Positions 1 through 8,665 of a DNA stretch of 64,000 bases are shown one piece after another. The notes beneath the pieces were generated by a model. The model searched no databases, was not told the DNA's origin, and worked only from the letters and a program-made list of their open reading frames with translations. Both the position numbers and the translations under genes were made by a program. The stretch covers positions 54,856 to 118,855 of the forward strand of contig CAZIZK010000001.1 in assembly GCA_964544225.1 (NCBI GenBank), given 5' to 3'. The DNA is from an uncultured Candidatus Saccharibacteria bacterium (lineage in GTDB: Bacteria > Patescibacteriota > Minisyncoccia > Phycocordibacterales > UBA9973). Numbering within the stretch: position 1 is the first letter of the stretch; every line of letters starts with the position of its first letter.

Positions 1-1114
1 CAAATAATGTATCTTGAGATCTAGGCATTTGAGTATTTTTAAAGTTTTTCATTAACTCAACTTGATCAGGAAAATTTATTTTCTTAACAATTGGATTAGG
101 AAGAATATAAATCTTCATTTTCTCTCTACGACCATATACATGAGCTGAAACAATTGCAGTAAAGTCTGCCGAATCTTTAGAAGAGATGGCGAGGTCAACT
201 CCTGCATAAGTGCCACGGTATGCTTTATGTTTTGTCCCAGGTAATTCATCATAATACTGAATCCACTCAGGATAAATAACTTGATCGTCGCTTGGAATAA
301 TACGAAGTAAATATTCTCGTTGCCATGATATTTCACTAGCAACTTTCATTTTTTCATCCTCTATATCTTTCATATCTGAGTATTTCCCAGGCCATAAACA
401 GACATTATCTTCGTCGAGTAGTGGGTATTGTTTAAAGACACCTTTTGATCGTTTATTTTCTATATCATCCCTTATTCTCATGAGTAATGAATCTTCATGT
501 AAAAGGTTACCAACAGCAATAAGTCTGGTTTTGCGATCTCCTGCAGGTATTACTTCTCCATATAGCCATTGATATGTCTTATCTCGTCCCTCACGAGTTT
601 TAGTTGATTGTACGTCTTCCACGTCGTCACAGATAATCAAATCAGGTCTATGCTCATTATGTCTTATTCCTCGTATACTTTGCTCTGTTGAGGCAACAGT
701 AATACGAGCATTACTTTTATTAAACACCAATGAATATGAACCCCACTCATCACTCTGTTCTTGGAATGGTCCTAAATCTCTTTTTAGCAGATCATTACCC
801 TCAAGCTCACTTCGAATATTCATCATGTGTTGTTTTGCTTGTGTTCTTGTCTGACAGAAAATTAAACAGAACTTCTTTTGTTGTTTGCCAAGTATTGCCC
901 ATATTGGGTATGCAGTTGTAACCATTGTGGATTTACCAGATCCACGGAAAGCAACAACATATAAATTCTCTGTATCACTATTTTCTAAATGATGGATTAT
1001 TTCTTTCTGAAAATCTGCTGTCTCGTATTTTACATAATGGGCATAATAGAAATGGAAGAAATATAAGAAACTATCTCTTGTTATAGATGTTCTTACAAGT
1101 CTATCTTTCATCAT
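1..1114 (-). CDS. Phage terminase large subunit (TerL); start ATG-ATG at 1114..1109, C-terminus lies beyond the left window edge, so it is absent from the ORF track
   Basis: Manual minus-strand translation gives MMKDRLVRTSITRD...ENLYVVAFRGSGKSTMVTTAYPIW (Walker A) and ...RPDLIICDDVEDVQS (Walker B/ATPase coupling), typical of T4 gp17-like terminases. The open frame runs through position 1. Confidence 0.7.
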   Translation of the reverse strand, partial: MMKDRLVRTSITRDSFLYFFHFYYAHYVKYETADFQKEIIHHLENSDTENLYVVAFRGSGKSTMVTTAYPIWAILGKQQKKFCLIFCQTRTQAKQHMMNIRSELEGNDLLKRDLGPFQEQSDEWGSYSLVFNKSNARITVASTEQSIRGIRHNEHRPDLIICDDVEDVQSTKTREGRDKTYQWLYGEVIPAGDRKTRLIAVGNLLHEDSLLMRIRDDIENKRSKGVFKQYPLLDEDNVCLWPGKYSDMKDIEDEKMKVASEISWQREYLLRIIPSDDQVIYPEWIQYYDELPGTKHKAYRGTYAGVDLAISSKDSADFTAIVSAHVYGRREKMKIYILPNPIVKKINFPDQVELMKNFKNTQMPRSQDTLF

Positions 1115-1142
1115 CCTGTTTACTAAACCGTTTTCAATGATT

Positions 1143-1559
1143 TTATTCATGGCTTTTCTTTTCGTTAATATTTTTAATAGATTTCGACTTAGTAATTGAG
1201 GCAAGCTTAAGTGCCTGTTTTACTATTTTTGCTTGTGATGGAGTAAGTTCTTCTTTGTCTTCTTTTGTTGTGATTTCTATCTTGTCTCGGTAGTTATCAT
1301 TTCTGTGTTTTAACCAAAAAGAAATTGCTGACCAATTTTTCTCTTTGATCATTGTCAGGAGTTGGCTTTCACTCATATCATTCACAAAGGCAACACCCTC
1401 AGACATAGCTTTATCCATTTTGGCAGAGAAAGATTTATCATCTTTTTTCCAACGATATACACTATTTCTAGATACTCCTGTTTTCTCACATGCTACTTGC
1501 ACGATAGGAACTTTTTTCAATTCTTCAAAGAATTGATCTTGTGATTTATTTTTCTTCAT
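1143..1559 (-). CDS. Terminase small subunit-like HTH DNA-binding protein
   Basis: 138 aa with N-terminal HTH (ACEKTGVSRNSVYRWKK), lysine-rich, immediately upstream of terL in the same orientation (TerS-TerL order). Confidence 0.45.
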   Translation of the reverse strand: MKKNKSQDQFFEELKKVPIVQVACEKTGVSRNSVYRWKKDDKSFSAKMDKAMSEGVAFVNDMSESQLLTMIKEKNWSAISFWLKHRNDNYRDKIEITTKEDKEELTPSQAKIVKQALKLASITKSKSIKNINEKKSHE

Positions 1560-2829
1560 AAGATTTTATCTGAGCTTTTTTACCAGTAAATAATTCATAA
1601 CGTTTTATAATCAAATCACAAAACTTTGGCTCTAGCTCTAAGCCATACACTCTTCGACCTAATTGTTCACCTGCAAGGAGAGTGCTACCTGAACCCAAGA
1701 AACTATCTAAGATTATGTCATTTGGCTTTGTACAGCGTTTTATAGCCTTTTCATGGAGGGTTATAGGCTTAGAAGTTGCATGTTCATAATCTTTAGCGGA
1801 AAGTCTTTTAGCAGTCCAAATCTCAAGAAAGTCATCGACTTGTGCTACAAGTTCATTTCCTGTTCCGAATTCTTTATTTAATACCTCATTAAGGGTTGTT
1901 ACTGATTCAGCAAGATAAGGTCGTCCACGAATACCATACACCGCAGGTTCATATGCTTTATTGCAGAATATTTTAGGGACAGGATTTTGCGAATTTTTTA
2001 GCCATAGGCATACTCGTTTATTAGATATACCAAGTGATCTGTATATATCCTGAATTAATCCTATGTAGACTTGATCACAATAATAGAAAACGTGCGTACT
2101 CGGATTAGATACAGTAAGTGCCGATTCTAAACTTTCTCGAATAAATGTTTTATATTCTTCAAAAGTTCTAGAATCTTTTACACTTCCGCCATATTCTTTA
2201 TTTCCACCAATCCCGCCATCATAGTCTATATCTAAGTTATACACTGGGTCTGAATAGATCATTGAAACTTTCTCTTCGCCTAATAACCTTTTTAGATTTT
2301 CAGGTTTAGTTGAATCACCACAAAGAATTTTGTGTTTCCCGAGAATAATAATATCTCCTAATTTTGTTTTAGGTTCCTTTATTTTCTTTAATTCCTTTTC
2401 AACATCGAAAGAATCATTTTTAACTTCTGCATCTTCATCCCAAAATTTTGCAATTTCCATATCTTCAAATCCTGCGAGTTGAAGAAGCTCCATATCAAAA
2501 GATTTAAGAGCTTCAAAGTCCCAAGACCCACCCAATTTATTTGAGGCAATAAGATATTGTTTGGATTCTGATTCTGTGAGTTTACGATTAGGTATCCTTA
2601 CATCAATTATTTCTTCTCCACGATCTAATAGTTGCAAAGCCCTTATTCTTTGATGTCCTGCTAGTATCATTCCATCACTATCAATAGCAGGAATCTCGAC
2701 TAAATTATATTTCTGCAAACTTTTCTTAATATCTGACATTTGCTTGTCAGAAATTTTACGAGGATTGATCTTTTGAGGAATAAGATCGTTAACCTTTCTT
2801 TGGACCGTAGTCCATATGAGTTTACTCAT
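1546..2829 (-). CDS. ParB-like nuclease domain fused to beta-class DNA N6-adenine/N4-cytosine methyltransferase
   Basis: N-terminal ParB-like segment (ILAGHQRIRAL), MTase motif IV-like SDPVYN (DPPY variant) and motif I LDSFLGSGST. Paralogous to 26189..27457. Confidence 0.75.
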   Translation of the reverse strand: MSKLIWTTVQRKVNDLIPQKINPRKISDKQMSDIKKSLQKYNLVEIPAIDSDGMILAGHQRIRALQLLDRGEEIIDVRIPNRKLTESESKQYLIASNKLGGSWDFEALKSFDMELLQLAGFEDMEIAKFWDEDAEVKNDSFDVEKELKKIKEPKTKLGDIIILGKHKILCGDSTKPENLKRLLGEEKVSMIYSDPVYNLDIDYDGGIGGNKEYGGSVKDSRTFEEYKTFIRESLESALTVSNPSTHVFYYCDQVYIGLIQDIYRSLGISNKRVCLWLKNSQNPVPKIFCNKAYEPAVYGIRGRPYLAESVTTLNEVLNKEFGTGNELVAQVDDFLEIWTAKRLSAKDYEHATSKPITLHEKAIKRCTKPNDIILDSFLGSGSTLLAGEQLGRRVYGLELEPKFCDLIIKRYELFTGKKAQIKSYEEK

Positions 2830-2984
2830 ATTATTTTATTAATAAATTTAATAAAATGTATAGAGATAGAAAAAGCCTATTCCGTACACGAAATAAATAA
2901 AAGTCCGATATAACTTCGATCTATTTCTTGCGCGGAATAGGCATGGCTTTTAGGGCGCTACACTACTCGCTTTTTACTACGCAC

Positions 2985-3431
2985 TTATATTTTACCAACC
3001 TGTTCTTGTTTTTCAAGTCTTCTCAATATGCGCCTACCTTTTTTGCTATCCATGAATTCAACTGTATCTTTTCCAAGGAAAACTGGTAATCCTTTTGGCT
3101 TTCTTATAAAAACCCTTTTTCCTTGTTCTCTGTAACGTTGAATCAAAGGCAACATTTCATCTGGATTAAAGATTGGCATTGAAAAAATCACTGTATTGTT
3201 TTCTAAAACCCTGGCATGGTTATTAGGAAAAGTGATTCTCCCAGGTTGATTTGCTTCTATGGAATGTTCAATAGTTTTACTCATCGATTGAGTAACTCGT
3301 GCATTAGTATGGAGTTGAAAGTCAGTCAACTCAATAATAATATCGCCATTGCACGGATCATGAATCGCTGGATGTATTACTAATTTTTCTTCCATACCTA
3401 GAGTATATAATAGGGTGGTGTAAAATGTCAA
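2985..3431 (-). CDS. Hypothetical protein (probable true start at internal MEEKLVIH), divergent from the repressor gene
   Basis: ORF of 148 aa with no recognisable motif. It sits between the MTase and the repressor. Confidence 0.35.
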   Translation of the reverse strand: MTFYTTLLYTLGMEEKLVIHPAIHDPCNGDIIIELTDFQLHTNARVTQSMSKTIEHSIEANQPGRITFPNNHARVLENNTVIFSMPIFNPDEMLPLIQRYREQGKRVFIRKPKGLPVFLGKDTVEFMDSKKGRRILRRLEKQEQVGKI

Positions 3432-3465
3432 ATCTTTATTGCAAAATCGTTTAAACTATGCTATA

Positions 3466-3481
3466 CTGTATCTATGCACAT
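3466..3481 (+). promoter_or_regulatory. Candidate SOS-box-like operator CTGT-N8-ACAT overlapping the repressor start codon
   Basis: ctgtatctatgcacat is one mismatch from the gamma-proteobacterial CTGT-N8-ACAG; tatact (-10-like) lies just upstream. This is a weak call. Confidence 0.2.
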
Positions 3482-4112
3482 AATACAAAAACAACTTTTA
3501 GACTTAATAGCGACACATGAGGACTTTGGATCTTATAGCCTTAGGAAGATAGCTGAAATGGTTGGAGCCAAGGGAAAACCCCAAACTGCCAAATATCACT
3601 TACAACAGCTTGAGAAAGATGGACTAATTCAATTAAACCTTGAGGCTGGAATCATAAAGCTAGTTAAAAGAGGTTATGCTAAAGCTTCTACTAGCCCTAT
3701 CTACTCCCTACCAATAGTGGGATCTGCTAATTGTGGTCCTGCTACTATATTTGCAGAACAGAATGTTGATCAATATTTAAAAATATCTTCATCAATGCTA
3801 CCAAGAAACAAAAGTAATCTGTATGCCCTTATTGCTGATGGAGATTCAATGAATAATGCAGAGGTTGAAGGAAAAACTATTAAAAGCGGAGACTTCGTTT
3901 TGGTCGATAGTGAATATAAGAACTATAAGACTGGTGATATCGTAGTTGCTGTTATAGACAACATGGCAACTATAAAAAGATTCCGAGAAGATAAACCCAA
4001 TAATAGAATTATCCTTGAGGCTGATTCAACAGAAAAATATCTCCCTATATTTATTCATGAAGGTGACAATTTCTTATTAAGTGGAAAAGTAGTCGGTATT
4101 ATTAAAAGTTAA
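3474..4112 (+). CDS. LexA/phage CI-like repressor (N-terminal winged HTH plus C-terminal S24 self-cleaving peptidase)
   Basis: GDSM serine nucleophile and the lysine in TIKRF match the LexA Ser/Lys dyad. The N-terminal segment is HTH-like. It is the first gene of a six-gene operon with 5-23 nt gaps. Confidence 0.8.
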   Translation: MHIIQKQLLDLIATHEDFGSYSLRKIAEMVGAKGKPQTAKYHLQQLEKDGLIQLNLEAGIIKLVKRGYAKASTSPIYSLPIVGSANCGPATIFAEQNVDQYLKISSSMLPRNKSNLYALIADGDSMNNAEVEGKTIKSGDFVLVDSEYKNYKTGDIVVAVIDNMATIKRFREDKPNNRIILEADSTEKYLPIFIHEGDNFLLSGKVVGIIKS

Positions 4113-4125
4113 TTTATAAAAATAT

Positions 4126-4368
4126 ATGTCAAATTATCATGTAACAAACCCAAAAGGTTCAAATGATTGGAAAGTAATAAAAGAAAAAGCAGAAAGAGCT
4201 TCTGTAATAGTAAGCACTCAAAGAGAAGCGGAGAAAATAGCAAAAGAATTATCAGGTAATTCTGGTGGTGGAGAGGTTGTAATCCATAAACCAAACGGTG
4301 GTCCAATAAGAGATAAAGATACTGTAGCCCCAGGTCGAGAAAGTTCAGTTATAGACAAAAAACATTAA
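4126..4368 (+). CDS. Small DUF2188-like protein
   Basis: 80 aa; the pattern YHV..DWKV...A.RASV..T..EA..IA...A...GGGEV.IH resembles DUF2188. Confidence 0.35.
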   Translation: MSNYHVTNPKGSNDWKVIKEKAERASVIVSTQREAEKIAKELSGNSGGGEVVIHKPNGGPIRDKDTVAPGRESSVIDKKH

Positions 4369-4385
4369 AAAATAAATATAAAATT

Positions 4386-4757
4386 ATGAAAAGAATATTT
4401 ATTAGTTTTGCGATTGAAGATAAATTATATAGAGATTTTCTTGTTGGACAATCTAAGAAAGAAGAATCCCCGTTTGAATTTGTTGATATGTCAGTAAAAG
4501 AACCCTGGAAATCTGATTGGAAAGATAAATGTTATTCAAAAATAATAGGTTGTGATGGAGTAATTGGTTTAATAAGCAAAAATACTCCTAAGGCTTCTGG
4601 AGAATTATTTGAGTTAGAATGTGCATATGACGAAAATGTGCCTGTGATGCTAATGTATATTAATGATGATAGACCTGCTCTTCCGTCATTTTTAAACAGC
4701 AAAAGAGTAAACATATGGAGTTGGAGTAACTTAAAATCTTTTATTAGTAACCTTTAA
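4386..4757 (+). CDS. TIR-like domain protein (DUF1863 / ThsB-like)
   Basis: Begins with RIFISFAIED... (FISF plus an acidic residue) and has a conserved Glu in ELECA, as in MTH538/ThsB-type TIR-like domains. Length 123 aa. Confidence 0.5.
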   Translation: MKRIFISFAIEDKLYRDFLVGQSKKEESPFEFVDMSVKEPWKSDWKDKCYSKIIGCDGVIGLISKNTPKASGELFELECAYDENVPVMLMYINDDRPALPSFLNSKRVNIWSWSNLKSFISNL

Positions 4758-4762
4758 TATAT

Positions 4763-5731
4763 ATGCGTAAAGCTCTAATTGTTGGTATTAATAATTACCC
4801 AGGTAATCCACTCAAAGGGTGTATAAATGATGCATCATCATTTAAAACTGTTATTGAGAAAAACGGTGACGGATCACCTAATTTTTCTACAAGGCTAGAA
4901 ACTGATGTTCCTACAAAATCTCAACTCAAAACAATGCTAAAGGAATTATTTGAGGGTGATAGTGACATAGCTTTATTTTATTTTTCAGGACATGGATCTT
5001 TTAATGAATTTGGTGGTTATGTAGTTACCCCAGATCATCAAGAAAACGATGAGGGAGTTTCTATGGATGAAATTTTATTGCTTGCCAATAAGTCAAAAGC
5101 AAAAGATAAAATTATTATATTAGACTGCTGTCATTCAGGTGCATTTGGTTCTCCTGCAAGTACTGGTGGTACATCTTGTCAGATAATCGAAGGTGTTGTT
5201 GTTCTAACTGCAAGCAAATCCAGTGAAAGTGCTATTGAAATTAATGGTCATGGTATTTTCACAAATTTATTGATTGATGCATTGCAAGGTGGTGCAGCTG
5301 ATCTTCGTGGTCATATAACCCCTGGTAGTGTTTATGCATATATAGATCAAGCATTAGGACCTTGGGATCAAAGACCAGTATTTAAGACAAATGTAACTAG
5401 GTTTACATCTCTAAGAACAATAAATCCACAAGTTCCAACTGAAACACTTAGAAAAATAACTGAGTATTTTCAAACAGCTGAGCAAGATTACTCTCTAAAT
5501 CCATCTTATGAAGACACGAATTCGGAAGATATTAAACATTCTATTATTGAACCTCTCGCTAAAACAGAAAATGTTGCAGTATTTAAAGATTTGCAAAAGT
5601 TCCAGAGTGTAGGTTTGGTTATTCCAGTAGACGCACCTTACATGTATTTTGCTGCGATGGAGTCAAAATCATGTAAATTAACAGCACTTGGTTATCATTA
5701 TTGGAGACTTGTTAAAGACGGTAAAATATAA
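4763..5731 (+). CDS. Caspase-like cysteine peptidase (Peptidase C14 / metacaspase-like) with a C-terminal domain of unknown function
   Basis: ALIVGINNY...NDA...FYFSGHG (catalytic His) and IIILDCCHSG (catalytic Cys), the canonical caspase-fold dyad order. The remaining ~150 aa are unassigned. Confidence 0.7.
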   Translation: MRKALIVGINNYPGNPLKGCINDASSFKTVIEKNGDGSPNFSTRLETDVPTKSQLKTMLKELFEGDSDIALFYFSGHGSFNEFGGYVVTPDHQENDEGVSMDEILLLANKSKAKDKIIILDCCHSGAFGSPASTGGTSCQIIEGVVVLTASKSSESAIEINGHGIFTNLLIDALQGGAADLRGHITPGSVYAYIDQALGPWDQRPVFKTNVTRFTSLRTINPQVPTETLRKITEYFQTAEQDYSLNPSYEDTNSEDIKHSIIEPLAKTENVAVFKDLQKFQSVGLVIPVDAPYMYFAAMESKSCKLTALGYHYWRLVKDGKI

Positions 5732-5740
5732 TAATTAATA

Positions 5741-6394
5741 ATGCGGTCTTTGGAACAAGTAGCAAGAAAAATAAACTTCCATATTGAAAAGAAAAAACCA
5801 CCAGTTATTAATGAAAAATGGATTAAAGTAAATTCTCCAGCTTCTTATAAATTCATAATTGAAAATTCTATTGATTGGGACACGGTAACAATAAATCTTG
5901 ATAAGTCATACCAAGGAAAGTGGAATAAGTGTTCTAAAAGAAAAAGATACTTAGATCAAGAATTTTATAAAGATGAGGAAGAACTAAATCAAATATTAAA
6001 TACTCATAAAGATAAACTTTATACTTTTGTAAGTAGAATAAACAAAGAAGATGAACTTGTTTGTGACAGAATAAGTATTTTATTAGTTAGACTAGCTCAA
6101 AAAGGTAATACTCTTGCTTTGATAGAAATTAAAAGCCTATATGTTTTTATAATAGATAAGTGGCTAGAAGAAAGTAAATATTTAAAAAGATGGCGTGGCT
6201 ATGAAGAGGAATTAGTAGCACTACTAGAGAGGTGTATTTTCAGATATAGATACTCTGGTACATTTATTGGTTATTTATATAGAACTCTCCAGTTAAGTGC
6301 TTTAGCTTTAGAGCCATTAGAAGCATATTCACTAAATGACAAGGTCTTTGATGGGAATAAAACCAGAATAGACTTTATATCCTGTGAAAATTAA
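5741..6394 (+). CDS. Hypothetical lysine-rich protein in the repressor/TIR/caspase operon
   Basis: 217 aa, no recognisable motifs; 9 nt after the caspase gene. Confidence 0.4.
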   Translation: MRSLEQVARKINFHIEKKKPPVINEKWIKVNSPASYKFIIENSIDWDTVTINLDKSYQGKWNKCSKRKRYLDQEFYKDEEELNQILNTHKDKLYTFVSRINKEDELVCDRISILLVRLAQKGNTLALIEIKSLYVFIIDKWLEESKYLKRWRGYEEELVALLERCIFRYRYSGTFIGYLYRTLQLSALALEPLEAYSLNDKVFDGNKTRIDFISCEN

Positions 6395-6417
6395 CAGGCT
6401 TTTGATACAATAAACCA

Positions 6418-6921
6418 ATGACTATACTAATTATTTTTGTAATCTTAATGGCGGTTGTTTTTATTGTTTTAAAGAAATTTTTCCCAGATATATTTAATGG
6501 CGAGGAGAAAGTAATTAAGTCTCCATATAATTACAAAAAGAAAGACTTTTTAATGAGTCGTGCTGAACATGAGTTTTTTGATATTCTCATTGAGGTTGTA
6601 GGAAATCAATATTATGTATTTCCACAAATACATCTATCAACTATTTTAGATAATAAGGTTGTGGGACAAAACTGGAGAGGAGCATTCCGTCATATTGATG
6701 AAAAGTCAGTTGATTTCGTTATTTGTGATAAAGCATATATCAAACCAATTCTTGCTATTGAACTTGATGATAAAACACACGAAAGAGAAGACAGAAAAGG
6801 ACGAGATGGAGAAGTAGAACGTATTCTTAAAGAATCAGGTCTGTCTCTTTTAAGGTTTGGTAACAATGGGAGCTTTAATAAAGAAGAAATAAAGCGTTTG
6901 ATCTTAGAGAAATTAAGGTAG
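6418..6921 (+). CDS. Membrane-anchored DUF2726-family protein (PD-(D/E)xK-like nuclease fold)
   Basis: N-terminal TM helix followed by MSRAEHEFFDIL...YYVFPQIHL...VDFVICDK...ILAIELDDKTH...RD..VERIL.ESGL.LLRF, which matches the DUF2726 core. Confidence 0.6.
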   Translation: MTILIIFVILMAVVFIVLKKFFPDIFNGEEKVIKSPYNYKKKDFLMSRAEHEFFDILIEVVGNQYYVFPQIHLSTILDNKVVGQNWRGAFRHIDEKSVDFVICDKAYIKPILAIELDDKTHEREDRKGRDGEVERILKESGLSLLRFGNNGSFNKEEIKRLILEKLR

Positions 6922-7160
6922 GTTTTATATAGAAAAGTTACAGTTGAATGTAACCTTTAACCTCAATCCCGTGTCACTTTTGTCACTTTTCTAATTCGCA
7001 CGAGATACGTCGATTTGATATAATAAAATTATTGGAAATAACGTTACAGGGCTTGTCAGTGAAAAGTCCTAACACGAGTGTCCCCGCATTGACAACCTGT
7101 TAGTTTTGATGACCCATTTAGTTATGTACTAAGTGCGACCCACAAAGCTTCATGTTGCAG

Positions 7161-7191
7161 AAAAAAGAACGACGGTTGTCGTTCTTTTTTT
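7161..7191. terminator. Bidirectional intrinsic terminator
   Basis: aaaaaa-GAACGAC-ggtt-GTCGTTC-ttttttt lies between the convergent genes ending at 6921 (+) and 7200 (-). Confidence 0.8.
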
Positions 7192-7199
7192 GCAAATAA

Positions 7200-8444
7200 T
7201 TAATGCATATCCATAGATTCAGGCATGCTCGTACTACTTTTAATTTCCTTAAATATACTTGGATTTTCATCTCCTGTTACATCAAGTACTGCCCAAGCAC
7301 CTTTATTCATTCTTGCTAGTGCGTGATCTACAAGTAAATATTTACCTGGAACATCAACAGTGAATTCTACAATACTCGCTCCACCAGGAAGTACAGCGGT
7401 TGCTTGTGTATTGTGTTCCATCGCACCACCTATACTTGCATTTGGATACACGGTATCAAAAATCTCACCAATTACATGGAAAGAAGAGATCAGATTTACT
7501 CCACCATTGCCGACATACATACGAATTTTATCACCAACTTTTGCTTGCATTCGTGGTGTTGTTTCGATACGGCCATTGAAAGTTACATAGTTAGGATGAC
7601 CATCGAGAAGGGCATCAGGATCAAATGGCACCAACCCTTTTTTACCAAGCTGTCCAATGGTGTATAGCTCTCCTTGCATAACATAAAATTCTTTATCGAC
7701 TTCTGTAAACCCTTCTTTTGGATCAACTAAAATCATTCCATATTGTCCATGTGAATTGTGTGTAGAAACATTTGGCGTTGCGCAGTGATAAATATAAAGA
7801 CCTGGGTTTAATGCTTTCCATCTGAATGTTTTTGTTTCTCCAGGTGCTACATGAGTAACTGACGCTCCACCTCCTGGACCTGTAACTGCGTGTAGATCTA
7901 TGTTGTGGTCATGTAGACTTGATGGGTCATTTGTCAGTGTTAATTCTACCGTATCCCCCTCGCGTATACGAAGCATTGGACCAGGAACTTGTTTGTTGTA
8001 TGTCCAGTAGTTGAAATAAATTCCAGGAGATATCTCTCCGAGGACTTCTTGTGCAGTCAAACTAATACGCACAATACCGTCTGCGTCAGGTGCTTGTGGT
8101 TTTTCTGGAACAGCTGTCGGATCTGCACCAATATCTGCGACTTTATCGAAACGATTTTCATATCTAAAAAAGTCTATAATTTTAGCAAATGGGATAGATG
8201 GAGGGAGTCCACCCGGAGCGTGTGAATGCACAAATGCTGGCATAGCAAAATCAGGAGGATAAGTTTTGTTTGCCACTAGTCCTGTGAAAAAAGAAATCAC
8301 AATTAGAGCCACTGGAATGTAAAGCCATTTTTGCTTAAAAATTGAATGGAAATGACCTTGTTTCCATATATATCGCACAATTATGACAAAGGCTATAAAA
8401 CCTACTATTCCAGATATCATTTCAAAAATAAGGTATTTAAACAT
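7200..8444 (-). CDS. Copper-containing nitrite reductase (NirK)-like two-domain multicopper oxidase, membrane-anchored
   Basis: N-terminal TM helix; cupredoxin-type ligand motifs HDHNIDLH, YIYHCATP (Cys) and HGQYGM (Met). Confidence 0.55.
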   Translation of the reverse strand: MFKYLIFEMISGIVGFIAFVIIVRYIWKQGHFHSIFKQKWLYIPVALIVISFFTGLVANKTYPPDFAMPAFVHSHAPGGLPPSIPFAKIIDFFRYENRFDKVADIGADPTAVPEKPQAPDADGIVRISLTAQEVLGEISPGIYFNYWTYNKQVPGPMLRIREGDTVELTLTNDPSSLHDHNIDLHAVTGPGGGASVTHVAPGETKTFRWKALNPGLYIYHCATPNVSTHNSHGQYGMILVDPKEGFTEVDKEFYVMQGELYTIGQLGKKGLVPFDPDALLDGHPNYVTFNGRIETTPRMQAKVGDKIRMYVGNGGVNLISSFHVIGEIFDTVYPNASIGGAMEHNTQATAVLPGGASIVEFTVDVPGKYLLVDHALARMNKGAWAVLDVTGDENPSIFKEIKSSTSMPESMDMH

Positions 8445-8665
8445 ATAAAATATTTGTTAACTAATAATGCTTATTAAGACTGGACTAATTAAAATAACTC
8501 TTGCCAAGCAGTAGAGGCCTGTTTCATTATAGCAAAAAATACTTATCCACCGTTGCGCAAAACATAAAAACTTTTGTATAATGGTTTAATAGTTGCGAAA
8601 CTATGCAACTACTCTATTATACACCCCGCTTGTAGTGTTGCCAAGCGGTTTTAACAACTTTCATT

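Noticed and set aside
2874-2942. Inverted repeat gcctattccg / cggaataggc downstream of the ParB-MTase gene
   Set aside because: A 10-bp stem with a roughly 50-nt loop and no U-tract; probably incidental or a weak transcript-end structure, so it was not reported as a feature.
6969-6990. Tandem direct repeat gtcacttttgtcactttt, considered as a CRISPR remnant
   Set aside because: Only two 9-nt units with no spacers and no cas genes; too short for a CRISPR array.
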